From Hamiltosporidium tvaerminnensis FI-OER-3-3 (lineage: Eukaryota; Fungi; Microsporidia), in contig CM061254.1 of NCBI GenBank assembly GCA_022605425.2, positions 1 through 64,000 of the forward strand: DNA of 64,000 nucleotides, written 5' to 3'. Made by a program: the position numbers and the translations under genes. The notes beneath the pieces are model-generated. The model searched no databases. It was given only the letters and a program-made list of their open reading frames with translations, and had not been told where the DNA came from. The stretch's first letter is position 1, and every line of letters starts with the position of its first letter. Positions 61,756 through 64,000 of the stretch are shown piece after piece.

Positions 61756-62478
61756 CTTTATTTAAAAGTATCACATCTTTTTAAAATAGTGGCAAGTGTT
61801 ATATTTGTTTTTATGACATTAACGCAGTTCTAGGTTTAACATAAATAACTGCTACCCCAACACTCCATCGGCAACCCCTGCGATACCTACGTTTCAAAGC
61901 CTTTCATCTACCAGGTGTGTAGAACCTAAATAATAGGCGAGGCAGTTGCCCGAAGTAAGTTAATGTCCGTTGCATGGAGTGTGATCGAAGGCTGAAGCCA
62001 CCCCCCCCTGGGCTCCCCCAAGACTATGCAGCATTCCCACTTACTCTACACTTTCTGAACCCAATAAACTTCTAGCTAAGATATATTTCAGAGATTTACA
62101 TGGGGTCCACCTAGACAGTGCAATGTCATACCAACAGGTATACCCAGCAACTTAGCGTTCCCGGCTTATAATGGTTTTTAATCTTCTTTGTTAAGTCTTC
62201 TAACCTGAGTGAGCACGGCTTGTTTTTATGCTTTTACATGGTAATTACCTACATGTTCAGCTGCGGTCTGCAATCTGGTAACATAAAAAACTACAAATTA
62301 ATTCTAGAAAATTTTTCTCCATTTCTTAGACCTCTCCTCTTCATAACAACTCCCATGGAACAACCGAAGATTTAGTGTGGTTTAATTCCCACTAAAAATC
62401 CAAACAATGATCTTCACACCAGTTTCACACACTCATTGCCAAGCAGAAAGTTTTTTATGTGTTTATCCTCTCTCCTCA
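61756..62478 (-). mobile_element. Family A element (young copy)
   Basis: Long identical runs shared with 38217-38943. Confidence 0.9.
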
Positions 62479-63409
62479 ACTGCATTAAAATAAAATAAAT
62501 AATTTATTTCAATTTTTTATAATATTTATGTGAATAGAATATTATTTTATGTTTTTTTTTATTAAAATAAAGGTATTTTCGTTTGCCAAATATTATTTAT
62601 TTTACCTTTGATTCTACTTTTTTTTCCTTTTTATCTCAAATATAATTTTTTTATTCTTTCATGAATATATAAGTCATATATACTTATACAGCCATACATA
62701 CTTATTCAACCATAAGTATTTATACAGCCATTAGCAAATTTATTTCAATGTTTTATATTTCTTATGAATAACTTTTATTTTTCTTTGGTTTTTTTATTTT
62801 ATATTACAAATCTACAAATCCACAAATCAAAATTTCTTAATTTTTTAATTTAAATATTTTTTATCATTTTGTTGTTATTTTTTTTGATCATTTTTCTGCC
62901 ATTTTTTTAATTTTATAACTGTCAATCAGTAGTCTTAAAAGGGATATATTATTTAATTAAAAACCGTTATAAAAAAAGAGAGGTATTTTTATAATTGGAT
63001 TTGGATTTCTGCGATTTGAGTTAGATTTATAGAGATAATATTTATATTTTTAAAATTTGATTTATATTTCTGCGATTTTATTTAGATTTAGAATTTGATT
63101 GTATTTTTATAATTTTATTTATATTTATGGGATTTTATTTATATTTTTATAATTTAATTGTATATTTAGAATTTGATTTAGATTTCTGTAATTTGATTTA
63201 TATTTTTACGATGAAATTCATATTTAGAATTTGTTTATAGGTTTGCAATTTAATTGTATTTTTCTAATTTAAAGTTGCATTTTTATTCAAATTTGTGTTT
63301 TTAAGATTTTTATTTATAAGTATCAAGTTTCTTTAGGAAATTAAAAAAATAATTTTATAGTTCAAATCAAAATAAATAAATAAATTTGTATAAATTTAAC
63401 TCAAATTTA

Positions 63410-63529
63410 AAAATATATCTATTTTAGTAAAAAAAAATATATTATTATTATATACAAATTTTAAAATTTTTATTATTTTTACTTTTTTTGGTAAAAAAAT
63501 ATTTTTTTTTACTAAAATAGATATATTTT
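63410..63529. repeat. Perfect 31-bp inverted repeat with 58-bp spacer
   Basis: AAAATATATCTATTTTAGTAAAAAAAAATAT (63410-63440) and its reverse complement (63499-63529). Confidence 0.85.
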
Positions 63530-63822
63530 ATTTATTGTTCCAGTTTATTTCTATATTCTTTTATAGATAAAAGAATTTTAAAGAAGATCTACTGATTAAT
63601 CTTAAATTATTTTTTTTAATTAAAAATATAAAATTTTATTTAAAGATACAAGTCAAGATAAATTTTGACTTTACAAAATATATTTTGAATGATAAATAAT
63701 CTGATTGGTTACTAGAAAAGTATTTTTTTTTCCTTTTTTATATTTTTTATATAAATTTATTTACCGTTTAGTATTTTTTAATTTAATTTTATATTTTTAT
63801 ATCAAATTAGATATCAGAGGGT

Positions 63823-64000
63823 ATGGAAAGTAAAGAAAATATAAAAATATCCAAAATACCGACACACCTACCTAAAAGTAATATTTTAGTATTGATATGG
63901 CAAGATGTAGGTAGTTTATATTCCATTTTTGGAGATCATAAAAAATCAATACATTCTTATGAACGCGCATTGCAACAGAATGAAAGAAATGCTATCATCT
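63823..64000 (+). CDS. TPR protein, possibly Cyc8/Ssn6-like co-repressor (5' part; runs off the window)
   Basis: MESKENIK...IWQDVGSLYSIFGDHKKSIHSYERALQQN fits the TPR consensus W..lG..y...G....a...Y..AL..N. GGG directly before the ATG. Confidence 0.75.
   Translation, partial: MESKENIKISKIPTHLPKSNILVLIWQDVGSLYSIFGDHKKSIHSYERALQQNERNAII

Overview
This window is the left end of a very AT-rich, gene-sparse eukaryotic chromosome. CCC/GGG motifs before start codons and the compact, divergent proteins suggest a microsporidian-like parasite (inference). It begins with a 10-nt nanopore adapter remnant and about 110 perfect CCCTAA telomeric repeats (11-668). These join directly to two diverged, head-to-tail non-LTR retrotransposons with intact APE-endonuclease/RT ORFs whose 5' ends face the telomere. 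Both elements are cut off inside a homologous ORF1, and in both the cut is preceded by CCCTA(A). Their ~560-610 nt 3' regions share three RNA-structure modules (a UUGGCC-loop hairpin, a covarying GAAA-tetraloop motif and an ACCC/GGGU loop-loop pairing) and appear to end in CCCTAA. Both endonucleases also have INH in place of the canonical SDH motif. Together this suggests a possibly undescribed telomere-extending LINE system that coexists with telomerase (hypothesis). Further inward are a phased palindromic repeat array, a structured region ending in relic telomeric hexamers, two retroposed non-coding families with target-site duplications (~720 bp of unknown origin; ~235 bp RTE-like), a DBP5 pseudogene, and intact plus frameshifted members of a secreted protein family. 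From ~55.7 kb there is a gene-denser zone with small membrane proteins, a DCAF5-like WD40 gene and the start of a Cyc8/Ssn6-like TPR gene. All alignments and folds were done by eye; no searches were run.
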